Origin: a virus | Lineage: Duplodnaviria; Caudoviricetes | Strand: one strand, 5' to 3' | Virus record (IMG/VR): IMGVR_UViG_3300021141_000010 | Span: 1-61,050 of that record | Length of the DNA: 61,050 nucleotides | Shown: in pieces, positions 18,413 through 28,002 of the stretch | How the letters are laid out: the number at the start of each line of letters is the position of its first letter | Numbering within the stretch: the stretch's first letter is position 1 | Notes under the pieces: model-generated | The model's input: the letters and a program-made list of their open reading frames with translations, nothing else | Database searches by the model: none | What the model was told of the DNA's origin: nothing | Translations under genes and position numbers: made by a program

Positions 18413-18453
18413 TGTCGGGACTTGTAACCAAGTCCCGACATTTACGATACAAT
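18413..18453 (+). promoter_or_regulatory. 12-bp inverted repeat followed by TACAAT
   Basis: TGTCGGGACTTG-TAAC-CAAGTCCCGACA; TACAAT at 18448. Confidence 0.4.
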
Positions 18454-18498
18454 AGGCTTTTGGCCCGTTTTATGATGCTCGGCAATAGGAGAAAAACC

Positions 18499-18651
18499 AT
18501 GCCATTGAAAAAAGGTTCCAGTCAAAAAACGATTTCGGAAAATATCCGAAAGGAGATGAAGAAGCATCCCGACATGAGCAACAAGCAGGCAGTCGCAATT
18601 GCCCTCAGCCAAGCAGGCAAAAGCAAGAAAGCGACTAAGAAGAAAAAATAA
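18499..18651 (+). CDS. Small basic protein ([16 protein letters not shown] family)
   Basis: AGGAG SD; [16 protein letters not shown] motif widespread in phages. Confidence 0.8.
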   Translation: MPLKKGSSQKTISENIRKEMKKHPDMSNKQAVAIALSQAGKSKKATKKKK

Positions 18652-18788
18652 CGGTTGGCTTCCGAGCGGGTTCCAACTTCTCCGCAAAATAAGCTGGTGT
18701 GAGGTAAGTGCCGGGATTCACAAACCCTAACTGCCTAGTTCAAGTAACAAGTAGAACAAAACCTCCAACTTGTGTACTGGACAACTAT

Positions 18789-18829
18789 ACCACCCATCAT
18801 TTGTTTACTCAGGTGATGGGTGGTTTTTT
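18789..18829 (+). terminator. Rho-independent terminator
   Basis: ACCACCCATCA/TGATGGGTGGT stem followed by a T-tract. Confidence 0.65.
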
Positions 18830-18861
18830 CATGTTTCTACGTTTGTAAAAGGGCAAAAGCA

Positions 18862-19392
18862 ATGGTTGTTTATGTGGACTGTGATGGCGTTCTGGGAGAT
18901 TGGGTTAAGCAAGTCCATTCGTGGGCTGATAAACCCCTCAAACCTTGGAGAGCTTGGGACGGATTCTCTGAGCATGGGATTACTCAAGCAGAACTCGACG
19001 ACATGATGTCATTTGTTTCGTTCTGGGAGTCGATGGAACTTTTACCTGGGGCCAAAAAACTTTGGGCCGAGATCGGCAAACTTGCCGATTCAGCATACGT
19101 CTGCACGCGACCCTTCCCGCATCCGAATTGCCTGTACGGCAGAGCCGTTTGGTTGCAGAAGGAACTGGGTATCAGCACCAGACATACGATTTTCATGCAC
19201 GACAAATACGAACTGGCTCGCCCAGGGGCGATCCTAATCGACGACAATCTTGATAATTGTCGGCTTTTCGAGGCCAAAGGCGGCCTCGCAATCTTGTATC
19301 CTCAATCGTACAACAGTACGATTGAGGTTAAAGACAAGACGCAATACGTTCTCGATCAAATTCGTACTATCAAGGAGATGCCGAATGGCTAA
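18862..19392 (+). CDS. 5'(3')-deoxyribonucleotidase (HAD, NT5C-like)
   Basis: YVDCDGVL, FWESMELLPGA, ILIDDN. Confidence 0.87.
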   Translation: MVVYVDCDGVLGDWVKQVHSWADKPLKPWRAWDGFSEHGITQAELDDMMSFVSFWESMELLPGAKKLWAEIGKLADSAYVCTRPFPHPNCLYGRAVWLQKELGISTRHTIFMHDKYELARPGAILIDDNLDNCRLFEAKGGLAILYPQSYNSTIEVKDKTQYVLDQIRTIKEMPNG

Positions 19393-20455
19393 GAAAAAAC
19401 CACTCGAAGTCCTAGAAGAGGCGGCGACGACCAAACGAAAGGAACAGAAGTTCCTTTCGCTCGGATGCCCTCTATTGAACCTTGCCGTATCCGGCGATTG
19501 GCGTAAGGGTATTATGGCAGGAACCTACGTTTTCTACGTTGGTGATTCGTCTAGCGGTAAGACGTTGGCGACTCTGACGCTATTGGCCGAAGCGGCCAAC
19601 AACCCGGACTTCGACGATTACGAATTATGGCACATCGACGCCGAAGTGGGCAACCACTTCGATTTCGAGAAGTTTTTCGGATCCAAGGCGGCAGGGCGGA
19701 TTCAGGTACTGCGATCCGAACCGGGCAAGCCGATGCTACTTGAGTTTGTGTATGATTGGCTAGAAACGAAGATCAAGGCGGGCAAAAAATTTGTCGCGAT
19801 CATCGACTCGATGGACACACTGTCCAGCGAGCAGAAAGAGAAGCAGATTGCCGAGGACGCGAAGAATCGCGCCGAGGGCAAGGACATTGACGGCAACTAC
19901 GGGGACGGTAAGGCGAAGATCAACAGCCAACGGCTCCCAAGAATCCTCACAATGATCGAGGACTCTGGGTCGATCTTGCTCAGCATTTCACAAGTGCGGG
20001 ACAATCTCAAAGCTGGATTGTACGGGCCGAAGCATGTTCGCGGCGGCGGCCATGCCATCAAGTTCGGCGGGTCGGTTGAGATTTGGACATACCCCGGCGA
20101 GAAACTGACAAAAGAGATCAACGGCCAGAAGCGAATCATCGGCATCAACCCGGTATTCAAAGTCGAAAAGAATCGAGTCAACGGAAGACAACGAACTGTT
20201 AGCATTCCAATCATGCCGGATTTCGGCGTGGATGCGACAGGCGCGGCAGTTGATTTCTTGCTGAAAGAAAAAGAATGGACAGCATCATCGGGCAGGATTT
20301 CCTGCCCGTTCTACGAAACCACACACTACCGCGAAGAACTCATTCGCAAGATTGAAGATGATGGCCGAGAACAAGAGTTGTTCGAGGCTATGCAGGCTTG
20401 TTGGGACTCTATCGAGGCTCAACTAACAGTAACCCGTAAGAAAAGGTATGAATGA
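19385..20455 (+). CDS. recA: RecA/UvsX-like recombinase
   Basis: GDSSSGKT, IDAE, IIDSM, ISQVR, GGHAIKF, VEKNR. Confidence 0.88.
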   Translation: MAKKKPLEVLEEAATTKRKEQKFLSLGCPLLNLAVSGDWRKGIMAGTYVFYVGDSSSGKTLATLTLLAEAANNPDFDDYELWHIDAEVGNHFDFEKFFGSKAAGRIQVLRSEPGKPMLLEFVYDWLETKIKAGKKFVAIIDSMDTLSSEQKEKQIAEDAKNRAEGKDIDGNYGDGKAKINSQRLPRILTMIEDSGSILLSISQVRDNLKAGLYGPKHVRGGGHAIKFGGSVEIWTYPGEKLTKEINGQKRIIGINPVFKVEKNRVNGRQRTVSIPIMPDFGVDATGAAVDFLLKEKEWTASSGRISCPFYETTHYREELIRKIEDDGREQELFEAMQACWDSIEAQLTVTRKKRYE

Positions 20456-20691
20456 TGAACGCTGATGTAGCAGAACAAGCCATAGAACTACTTGACTCCT
20501 CGGCGCGGAACGTGGTGCAAAAAATTCTGGCCGCCACAACACTCACAACAGAAGAGCGGTTGGGGATGCTGACTGCCATCACGTCAGACATTGCAAAACT
20601 TCGAGATAAGTTTGTGGCGATTAGCCACCAACTCGAATCTATTGAAGCCGTTCGCAAGCAATTGCAAGAACTCAAGGAATCTCGCCAATGA
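20452..20691 (+). CDS. Hypothetical coiled-coil protein
   Basis: ATGA-coupled on both sides. Confidence 0.6.
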   Translation: MMNADVAEQAIELLDSSARNVVQKILAATTLTTEERLGMLTAITSDIAKLRDKFVAISHQLESIEAVRKQLQELKESRQ

Positions 20692-21536
20692 CCGATGACA
20701 ATCGCTACGCGATCATCGACGTAAGCAATCTCGCCTACGCTCGGTGGCACACCATCCCGCCGCAGTTTTGGCGGGATGATCCAGGCACGCTGTTCAAGGC
20801 GTTGCATCAGTCCTGCAACAAGTTGCAGGACGACCTGTGCGTGGATACCTTAATTTTCTGCTTCGACGGCGGGTATGACTATCGCAAGAAGATCGACCCT
20901 GCCTACAAGCAACCTCGCAAAGAGGCGAGGTTGCAAGCACCCGAGGACGAAAAGGAACTCAGGCAGATCCTATTTGACCAGATTGCGGCGTTCCGCGAGG
21001 TTCACTTGCCTATGATTGGAGCCAGGAATATCTTCTGGGCCAAGGGTTTTGAGGCTGACGATCTGATGGCATCTTGCGTACTGAATCTGCCAAAGGCTCG
21101 GAAAGTCTACATCGTCAGCAATGACGAGGATCTCTACCAGATGATCGAAGGCAGTCGGGTGGTAGTCTACCGTCCGACTGCCAAAACGATTGTCAACGAG
21201 GAGGATTTCCGTAGAAAACATTCCGAGATGCCGCCATGTCTTTATGCCTCCGCAAAAGCGTGGGCAGGCTGCGCATCCGACAATGTTGTCGGACTGGCAG
21301 GCATCGGCATGGCTAAGGCTGCAAAATTTTTAATGGGAAAAGGCAACCCTGACTTCCGAAAACGCTTTACCGACAACGTACAAGTGTATGTAAAGAATAT
21401 CCAGCTTACCAAACTACCCGCACCAGAAACCCCAACCTGCAATCCTGTTCCACAGGACGTTCCTTTGGATTGGTCAGTGATGGAACGAGTGTTTGACAGC
21501 GTAGCAAAGCGAACCCCGAAAGGTATCAAGAAATGA
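20688..21536 (+). CDS. 5'-3' exonuclease / flap endonuclease
   Basis: IIDVSN, CFDGG..R..YK..R, FEADD, SNDEDLYQ, SDNVVGLAGIG. Confidence 0.9.
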   Translation: MTDDNRYAIIDVSNLAYARWHTIPPQFWRDDPGTLFKALHQSCNKLQDDLCVDTLIFCFDGGYDYRKKIDPAYKQPRKEARLQAPEDEKELRQILFDQIAAFREVHLPMIGARNIFWAKGFEADDLMASCVLNLPKARKVYIVSNDEDLYQMIEGSRVVVYRPTAKTIVNEEDFRRKHSEMPPCLYASAKAWAGCASDNVVGLAGIGMAKAAKFLMGKGNPDFRKRFTDNVQVYVKNIQLTKLPAPETPTCNPVPQDVPLDWSVMERVFDSVAKRTPKGIKK

Positions 21537-21871
21537 GCATTCGTTTCACTAGGAAACAATGGCTAGATTCCAATCAAAAGCCGAATGATCGGCGAACTGC
21601 TGAGGAGAGGAGGGCCGATAAGCAGAAGAACAAGACCACGCGACTGACAAAAGCCCCCCGACGAGTCCGCTTCCGCGAACTCGTGCAAGCCGTTGAGCAG
21701 AAGTGGGAAGGCCACGAAGTCATCAAAGATAAGCGAGTGCTGGAAGCAGTCGCGAGGAGAGCTAACTCGCAGAGCCTCGAACAGGCCCAAGAGCAGAGCC
21801 TGTGGAACCGACAATTCAACGACAAACGGGAGACTTACCGCACAAGCAGTGAAAGGCCCAACAATGTCTAA
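21533..21871 (+). CDS. Hypothetical basic protein
   Basis: ATGA-coupled ORF. Confidence 0.55.
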   Translation: MSIRFTRKQWLDSNQKPNDRRTAEERRADKQKNKTTRLTKAPRRVRFRELVQAVEQKWEGHEVIKDKRVLEAVARRANSQSLEQAQEQSLWNRQFNDKRETYRTSSERPNNV

Positions 21872-22466
21872 GAAAAAAGCCACAACCGAGGCTCCGGCCA
21901 AAAAGAAACGCAAGGGCGATCCGAAGAAAGGCTCCGCCTTCGAGCGAGAGTTTGCAAAGAAGCTCTCGCTCTGGTGGAGCGAAGGGAAAGCCGACGACTG
22001 GTTCTGGCGAGTCGGCGGCTCGGGCGGCCGAGCCACCAATCGAGCCAAGCAGGGTAAATCCACCAGCAATGGTTGCGGTGATATTGGAGCCCAATGTCAC
22101 GAAGCTCAGAGATTGCTGAACGTGGTTACTTTTGAACTCAAAAGAGGCTATAACAGCACCACGATTCAAGACGTGCTTGATAAGCCCAACGGGCCAAATC
22201 AAATGCGGGATTTCATTGAGCAGGCGAAGCGATCAGCTTCGACTGCGGGGACTCCGTATTGGATTCTTGTTCTCAAGCGAGACAAGCGAGAAGAACTCGT
22301 CGTGACCAACATGATGTCTGGAAGCACCGCAGAAGTGAAATATCTCATGGTCGACTATTCGGGTCACTTCGATTTTGCGTTGCTTGAGGCCGGATCGGAT
22401 TTCTGGACTGATGGGCAACTGAAAATACTACAAGAGATGGCAAAGAAATATGAAAATCCAGCGTAA
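21864..22466 (+). CDS. Holliday junction resolvase-like PD-(D/E)xK nuclease
   Basis: KGSAFERE..RVGGSGG..GDI..FELKRGY. Confidence 0.8.
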   Translation: MSKKKATTEAPAKKKRKGDPKKGSAFEREFAKKLSLWWSEGKADDWFWRVGGSGGRATNRAKQGKSTSNGCGDIGAQCHEAQRLLNVVTFELKRGYNSTTIQDVLDKPNGPNQMRDFIEQAKRSASTAGTPYWILVLKRDKREELVVTNMMSGSTAEVKYLMVDYSGHFDFALLEAGSDFWTDGQLKILQEMAKKYENPA

Positions 22467-23457
22467 AGAATTCCTTCGTCATCTAGAGTCCTGCGCACCC
22501 GGCTTGTCCTCTACCGAGAATATCGAGCAGTCTGACTGCTTTCTGTTCTCCAACGGGAAGGTCTACACCTTCAACGATGAGGTACTCTGCCAGCAGGATA
22601 CCATAGTCAATTTCCGATGTGCGGCTCCTGCGAAGCCGCTTTTGGAAACCTTGCGTAAGCTCACCGAGGAAGAGATCGATATCGAGTACAAAGACGACCG
22701 ATTGGTAATCAAGTGTGCCAACGTCCGTCAGATCAAACTCAATGTCCACCCTGAAGTCATCCCCCACTACGAAACGGTGGATGCCGCAGGCGAGTGGGCA
22801 GACGTTCCACCGGTGTTCGCAGACGCATTGGCGATGGCCGCCGATTCAGCGGCCAAAGACTCCGAGGCATGGGAATTGACCTGCGTTGAACTCAGCCCCC
22901 GTGGCCTACAGGCCACGGATACATTCCAGGCAATCCGCTACAAGCTGGATTGCCCGATCAGTAAGCCGACGCTTATCAAGCGTTCGGCTTGCGGTGCGGT
23001 GAACGGCCTGGGCGTTGCCGCCCTTGCCGAATCGGAAGGTTGGTTGCATTTCAAAACGTATACAGGATTGCAAGTCGCAGTCCGAACGTACAGCGGATCT
23101 CTGCCTGATCTATCCGATGCGTTCAAGTCGGAATCGGAAGCCAGCTTGAGATTTCCTAGTTGCCTGCTCGATGCCTTGCAGAAGGCTACGGCGTTCCTCG
23201 CTGACACGGGAACTGGGAAACAGGCCCAGTTCCGGCTCAAGCAGGGGAAAATAATGGTGCGTGGGCAGAACGAAATGGGCATTTATGAGGAAGTCCGGCC
23301 CGTAGAATATGATGGCCCGGCTAGGGCGTTTGGCATCAACCCTAAGTATGTTCAAACGCTCCTCAAGCACGATTACCCGGTTTCGCTGACGCAGACTGCC
23401 TTGCGGATTCGCGGCGAATCCTTTGTATTCCTCACTTCAATGGAGACGGTGGTATGA
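22450..23457 (+). CDS. DNA sliding clamp (beta-like)
   Basis: 335 aa; ELTCV..LQATDTFQA and FGINPKYV match the ATDxxR and FNxxY beta motifs; clamp loader present. Confidence 0.72.
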   Translation: MKIQRKEFLRHLESCAPGLSSTENIEQSDCFLFSNGKVYTFNDEVLCQQDTIVNFRCAAPAKPLLETLRKLTEEEIDIEYKDDRLVIKCANVRQIKLNVHPEVIPHYETVDAAGEWADVPPVFADALAMAADSAAKDSEAWELTCVELSPRGLQATDTFQAIRYKLDCPISKPTLIKRSACGAVNGLGVAALAESEGWLHFKTYTGLQVAVRTYSGSLPDLSDAFKSESEASLRFPSCLLDALQKATAFLADTGTGKQAQFRLKQGKIMVRGQNEMGIYEEVRPVEYDGPARAFGINPKYVQTLLKHDYPVSLTQTALRIRGESFVFLTSMETVV

Positions 23458-23702
23458 GCAAATTTGAGGTCGGCGATCTCGTAGAAGTTTGCAATACGCA
23501 TTTAGGTTTGCATGGTCGTCGAGGAGTCGTGACAGAAATTGCAGGTATTGATACTTCTAGAATATTGATCGATGCGTGTGGTTCTATCTATTTACTGAAT
23601 GCTAGCCTTAGATTAGTCGATGCTGAACCAAAAACCAAAAACCGACAAGGACTACGGCCCATCGATCAACGGATTCCAGATCAGATTCACCCAAGAACCT
23701 AA
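23454..23702 (+). CDS. Hypothetical KOW/SH3-like protein
   Basis: KFEVGDLVEV..GRRGVVTEI. Confidence 0.55.
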   Translation: MSKFEVGDLVEVCNTHLGLHGRRGVVTEIAGIDTSRILIDACGSIYLLNASLRLVDAEPKTKNRQGLRPIDQRIPDQIHPRT

Positions 23703-23907
23703 CTCCCTTGGGACGACAGATTCGGACGGCGTAGGTGTTGAGGATCTCACCGTCGACTGCGAGTACCAACTCCCGGGCGAAGAGCCGTTCTTTGTCATCC
23801 GAACCACCTCGGGTTGGTCATTCGACCAACCCGAAACCCTGCTGGCTTTGCTAACCACTGTCAAGGAATCCGAGAAGAAATGCCGCTGTTCGCTTCCGCA
23901 AAGCTAA
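23620..23907 (+). CDS. Hypothetical protein
   Basis: FTQE..FFVIRT..WSFD; overlaps neighbours. Confidence 0.55.
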   Translation: MLNQKPKTDKDYGPSINGFQIRFTQEPNSLGTTDSDGVGVEDLTVDCEYQLPGEEPFFVIRTTSGWSFDQPETLLALLTTVKESEKKCRCSLPQS

Positions 23908-25100
23908 CCAAGTCCTTGCCCGTCGTCCCACTTTGCGGGACGTGCAAGGCAGACCGAACTTGCCAGCATCCAAAGCAGACTTGGCCGGGTAAACCGGCCA
24001 AAGTCGTCTTTGTGGTAGATAAAGCCGGTGACGATGCGCCGGATGCTCTTCTAGACGGGCAATTTGGTCGTTTAGGGACGGTTTGCAATCGCGTTGGCAT
24101 AACACTCGACGCTTACCCTAAAGTACCTGCGGCGGCCTGCCCAGGAGCCTCAAACGAGGCGTGGAGGCATTGCCAACCGCTTGTGGCGAGCGAACTCGCT
24201 CGCCTCAACCCCGAAGTCGTCATTCCCTACGGGCCGAGGGCCACGCAGTCGGTCATTGGTCGGTATTGGCAACAACCTGCCGAACTTTACGACCGATGGT
24301 ACGGCGCAGTGATCCCTTGCAGGGATCTTAACGCCTGGATCTGTCCGGTGGGCCTCATGGGCGAACACAAACGGATGCTCGACGTGTCGAGCATGTTTGA
24401 ATACAAGTACCTACGAGATGCGATGCGAATATCGGGCCGCCCGTGGCCCGATGGGTGCGTACCGCTAGACAGTCGAATCCAGCAGGTCTACCACGCCCAA
24501 GAGATCATCACCCAACTGGACAAGATCACCAAGACGGCTAAGATCGCGGCGTTCGACTACGAAACCACCGGGTTAAAGCCCGAATGGGACAACCAGCTAA
24601 TCGTGTCGATGTCGGTGGCATACGTCGCCGAAGGCGACGTGCATTGCATATCGTTCCCGGTATTCGCCGATACGCACGATGCGATCCGGCGATTCCTAGT
24701 ATCAGACATTCAGAAGATCGCTGCGAACATGAAGTTCGAGGATCGGTGGAGCCGATCCAAGCTGGGGGTTCAGGTTCGTCGGTGGTGGTGGGACACAATG
24801 CAGGCCGCACACTGGGAGAACCCCAATAGCGGCATCACGGGCTTGAAATTTCAAGCGTTTGCGAAGTTGGGCGTGCCTTACTTCGCTGATGATGTGGATT
24901 CATTTTTCGAGTCCGAGGAAAATTCTCAGCGAAACAAGATATTTTCGATTCCCACGCCAAAGCTCCTGACGTATAACGGGATGGATGCCATAGTCGAATT
25001 GCTGTTAGCATCGATGCAGATGGTCGAGAATGGCATCATCAAGGAACACTTTGTACCTAGTAAGTATCTACCAGCAAAATGCTCACAGAAATCCACCTGA
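23880..25100 (+). CDS. Degenerate family-4 UDG-like domain fused to a 3'-5' exonuclease (missing N-terminal half of PolA)
   Basis: CGTC..C, AAAC..HCQPLV..EL..LNPEVVIPYG (UDG4-like); ExoI AFDYETTGL, ExoII ANMKFED, ExoIII YNGMDA. Confidence 0.85.
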   Translation: MPLFASAKLTKSLPVVPLCGTCKADRTCQHPKQTWPGKPAKVVFVVDKAGDDAPDALLDGQFGRLGTVCNRVGITLDAYPKVPAAACPGASNEAWRHCQPLVASELARLNPEVVIPYGPRATQSVIGRYWQQPAELYDRWYGAVIPCRDLNAWICPVGLMGEHKRMLDVSSMFEYKYLRDAMRISGRPWPDGCVPLDSRIQQVYHAQEIITQLDKITKTAKIAAFDYETTGLKPEWDNQLIVSMSVAYVAEGDVHCISFPVFADTHDAIRRFLVSDIQKIAANMKFEDRWSRSKLGVQVRRWWWDTMQAAHWENPNSGITGLKFQAFAKLGVPYFADDVDSFFESEENSQRNKIFSIPTPKLLTYNGMDAIVELLLASMQMVENGIIKEHFVPSKYLPAKCSQKST

Positions 25101-26209
25101 CCAACTTCCAAGCTCATCGGTCACGATCATTGGCGTTCTCTCCTAATGTCAACGTCATCGTAGGCCCCACAAACGCAGGTAAATCGTCAGTCTTTCGTGC
25201 AATCCGTTGGCTTGTGGAACACAAGCCGATCACCGGATTGCAGACGTTTGACGAGCTTCATACCGAAGTGACCATCGCCTCTGAGAGAGGCGAGGTCACT
25301 CGATTCAAGCATCCATCCGAAGGGTACGGCTACAGAGTCGCCGGACAGGCCTTCGTGGCGTGCGCCACGAAGCAACCATCCGAAGTCCAAGCTACGCTTG
25401 GACTCTCGGAAATCAACCTGCAAGGACAGCACGATGCCCCATTCTTGCTGACGTTATCCCCCGGCCAGATGGCAAAGGAACTTAACCGAATCGTAGACTT
25501 GTCGATCATCGACAAGGCAAACGCAATGGCAGCTAGCAACGCCACCCGAACCAAAGGCGAACTTTCGGCGATGGAAACCATCGCCGAGAAGCAGAAAGCA
25601 GAACTCGACCAGATCGCCTGGGTTCCAGGCGTTCTGGCCCAGCATGAATCATTAGTAGTGTTTATGCAAGAGTTGCAGCATAAGCAAAGCCGATACACGC
25701 TGCTGTCTGACAAGACGCAGGTAATCGACGAGCTATCCAAGGCTCTGCTAGCATTAGAAAGTCTGATACTGGGCTTGCAAGCCTTGGCCGATCAGGCCAA
25801 GGATGTCGCCGACAAGCAGAGTCGCCGCAAGGCGATTCTTACGACGGTTGCACCTTTGGTCGACGTATCGGCTAAGATCAGTTTAGTTAATACTGTTGGA
25901 TCAGGATTAGCTAAACTGAAAAAGCAGGGCGAGCAGATCGCCGCCAAGCGATCTTGCTTGGCCACGATTCGATCAGTAGCCCAGCAGCTAGTCGCTATTA
26001 AGCCCATCGACGGAGACGTGGATGGGCTACTGGCAACGGGCAAGCGACTCGCGGAGTCGCGAGCCAAGCAGACCAAGTTAGTACGATTGATGTGGAGCGT
26101 TGCAGATTGGCAAGGAACTTATCGACTCGCTTGCCAATCCGTTATCGAGTTAGAAACCAAAATCAAATTAGTGAGGGAAGTATGCCCAACGTGCAAAAGA
26201 CCGCTCTAG
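25079..26209 (+). CDS. SbcC/Rad50-like ATPase, N-terminal half with zinc hook
   Basis: NFQAH, GPTNAGKS Walker A, QGQHD Q-loop, coiled coil, terminal CPTC. Confidence 0.88.
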   Translation: MLTEIHLTNFQAHRSRSLAFSPNVNVIVGPTNAGKSSVFRAIRWLVEHKPITGLQTFDELHTEVTIASERGEVTRFKHPSEGYGYRVAGQAFVACATKQPSEVQATLGLSEINLQGQHDAPFLLTLSPGQMAKELNRIVDLSIIDKANAMAASNATRTKGELSAMETIAEKQKAELDQIAWVPGVLAQHESLVVFMQELQHKQSRYTLLSDKTQVIDELSKALLALESLILGLQALADQAKDVADKQSRRKAILTTVAPLVDVSAKISLVNTVGSGLAKLKKQGEQIAAKRSCLATIRSVAQQLVAIKPIDGDVDGLLATGKRLAESRAKQTKLVRLMWSVADWQGTYRLACQSVIELETKIKLVREVCPTCKRPL

Positions 26210-27087
26210 CCATCCTGTGTTCGGATCTCCACTTGCGGGAAACTGCTCCGAGTGCCAGGGCTGAAAAGGATTGGTACGAGGTCATGGAGAACCACCTGAA
26301 CGCATTGGGGAAAGCATCATCTCGTTGGGGTGTTCCTATCGTCTGTGCCGGTGACGTGTTCGACCGATGGAACCCATCGAGCGAACTCGTCCGATTCGCG
26401 ATCCAGAAGCTACCCCCACTGAACGCTATTCCCGGCCAACACGATCTTCGCTACCACGACTACGAAAGTAGGCTCCGAGGAGCCTACGGATGTCTGGTCG
26501 CTGCGGAGATCCTATGGGATATACCCGTAGGTCGGTGGGATGGTGTCCCTGCCGAGATGGTGCAAGTGTGGGCCATGCCTTGGGGTAGGTGGGAGCCGCC
26601 GACCAAGGCTGAAAATTTCTATGGAATCAAGCTGGGAGTCCTGCACAAGTACGCATGGAGCAACCAGTTCAACTGCCACGCCAAAGCCGACGAGTCGTCT
26701 CGATTCGAGCGACTCTACCCCAACCTCGATGCTATGATTATCGGAGACAATCATATCCCTTGGATGCTACCCAACGTAATGAACCACGGCGGGTTCATTC
26801 CGCAGAACGCCGATCAGAAATCCTTAGTACCACACTATGGTGTTCTGATGTCTGACGGCTCCATCGAGAAGCATCCCTACGATGTTCCCGAGCCAATATG
26901 GCTCGAATCGTGGCAACCGCAGGTCGAGGAGTCCAAGATCGCTTCCGAGGTCATTCAAGAGTTGCAGGATCTCCAACACACTGGTGATTCATTCCTAGAA
27001 ACACTAGAGCGTTCCGTCGATGCTGCCCCGCCCCGAACTGCCCATATCCTTAGGCAGATGCTTGCAGATTTGAAACAAGATGGCTGA
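26182..27087 (+). CDS. SbcD/Mre11-like metallophosphoesterase nuclease
   Basis: SDLH, AGDVFD, PGQHD, LH, GDNH. Confidence 0.88.
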   Translation: MPNVQKTALAILCSDLHLRETAPSARAEKDWYEVMENHLNALGKASSRWGVPIVCAGDVFDRWNPSSELVRFAIQKLPPLNAIPGQHDLRYHDYESRLRGAYGCLVAAEILWDIPVGRWDGVPAEMVQVWAMPWGRWEPPTKAENFYGIKLGVLHKYAWSNQFNCHAKADESSRFERLYPNLDAMIIGDNHIPWMLPNVMNHGGFIPQNADQKSLVPHYGVLMSDGSIEKHPYDVPEPIWLESWQPQVEESKIASEVIQELQDLQHTGDSFLETLERSVDAAPPRTAHILRQMLADLKQDG

Positions 27088-27340
27088 TTTTGTCTGCGTA
27101 ATCTGTAAAAACTTGGTCTACCGTATTCCAGAAGTACCTAGCCCAGACGTACAATACATTGCCTGCCCCTACGGAGGGGCAGGCAATAAACCATGCACAC
27201 TGAAAGCCAGGAGAACCGATTGTGGACTATGCGGAAATTCAAAAGAAATTAGAGTCAGCCAAGACTCTGCGAACGAGGTTGGAGGGGCAGAAGGAGCAAC
27301 TACTCCGCAACCTCAAGGATCTCGGACACGAGACGATTGA
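27080..27340 (+). CDS. Small Cys-rich hypothetical protein
   Basis: CVIC..C..C..CGLC; overlaps the next ORF. Confidence 0.4.
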   Translation: MADFVCVICKNLVYRIPEVPSPDVQYIACPYGGAGNKPCTLKARRTDCGLCGNSKEIRVSQDSANEVGGAEGATTPQPQGSRTRDD

Positions 27341-27470
27341 GTCAGCGCAAGCAGAAATCACGGAACTCGAACAGTACATCGAAACCAATGAACCAGCTTT
27401 CAACCAACAGTGTGACGAATTTTTTGCGGCTAACCAAGATGCAATCAACGCTCTCGGTGGCCTCAAGTAA
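27222..27470 (+). CDS. Coiled-coil protein (probable middle SbcC fragment)
   Basis: RLEGQKEQLLRNLKDLGHETIESAQAEITELE heptads, located between SbcD and the SbcC C-half. Confidence 0.65.
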   Translation: MDYAEIQKKLESAKTLRTRLEGQKEQLLRNLKDLGHETIESAQAEITELEQYIETNEPAFNQQCDEFFAANQDAINALGGLK

Positions 27471-28002
27471 GCATAGGGCTGCCGTCATGGCGGTCGAAAG
27501 CAGCAAGTCGTCTATCGACGACTTGCGAGAACGATACGAAGCCGCCTTGGCGGCCAAAGAGATTATCCAACAAGTCAGCATGGAGTGCCAGGAGGCTTGC
27601 CAGAAACGCATCGGGTACGTTGTTACCCGATGTTTGCAGGCGGTGTTCCCTGACCAAGGGCTTACGTTTCGGCTCGTATTCGAGCAGAAACGGGGCCAGA
27701 CAGAAGTGCGCGGCGTCCTCGTCGATGCGGAAGGTCACGAGCTTGACCCCCTCCAATCGTGCGGCGGCGGAATTTTAGACGTGGCGGCTTTCGGCTTGCG
27801 GCTCGCTTGCCTTATGCTACAACGTCCTCAACCCGCTCGGGTTCTGATTCTGGACGAACCGTTCCGGTTCGTCTCGTCGCACTACCGCAGCAACGTCCGC
27901 GCACTACTGTCTGAGCTTTCACAGGAGATGGGTGTCCAGATCATCATGGTCACTCACATTGAAGAATTCATGGACTTCGATAGCAGATTGGAGATTGCGT
28001 AA
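27439..28002 (+). CDS. SbcC/Rad50-like ATPase, C-terminal half
   Basis: Signature SCGGG, Walker B LILDEP, H-loop MVTH. Confidence 0.87.
   Translation: MQSTLSVASSKHRAAVMAVESSKSSIDDLRERYEAALAAKEIIQQVSMECQEACQKRIGYVVTRCLQAVFPDQGLTFRLVFEQKRGQTEVRGVLVDAEGHELDPLQSCGGGILDVAAFGLRLACLMLQRPQPARVLILDEPFRFVSSHYRSNVRALLSELSQEMGVQIIMVTHIEEFMDFDSRLEIA

Noticed and set aside
18690-18770. Twister or hammerhead ribozyme
   Set aside because: Only fragments (TAA, GTAACAAG) resemble the consensus; required pairings and the catalytic core were not found
13873-25100. Split intein or intron joining the polymerase halves
   Set aside because: No C/S-start or HN-end intein motifs, no homing endonuclease, and the gene order is reversed
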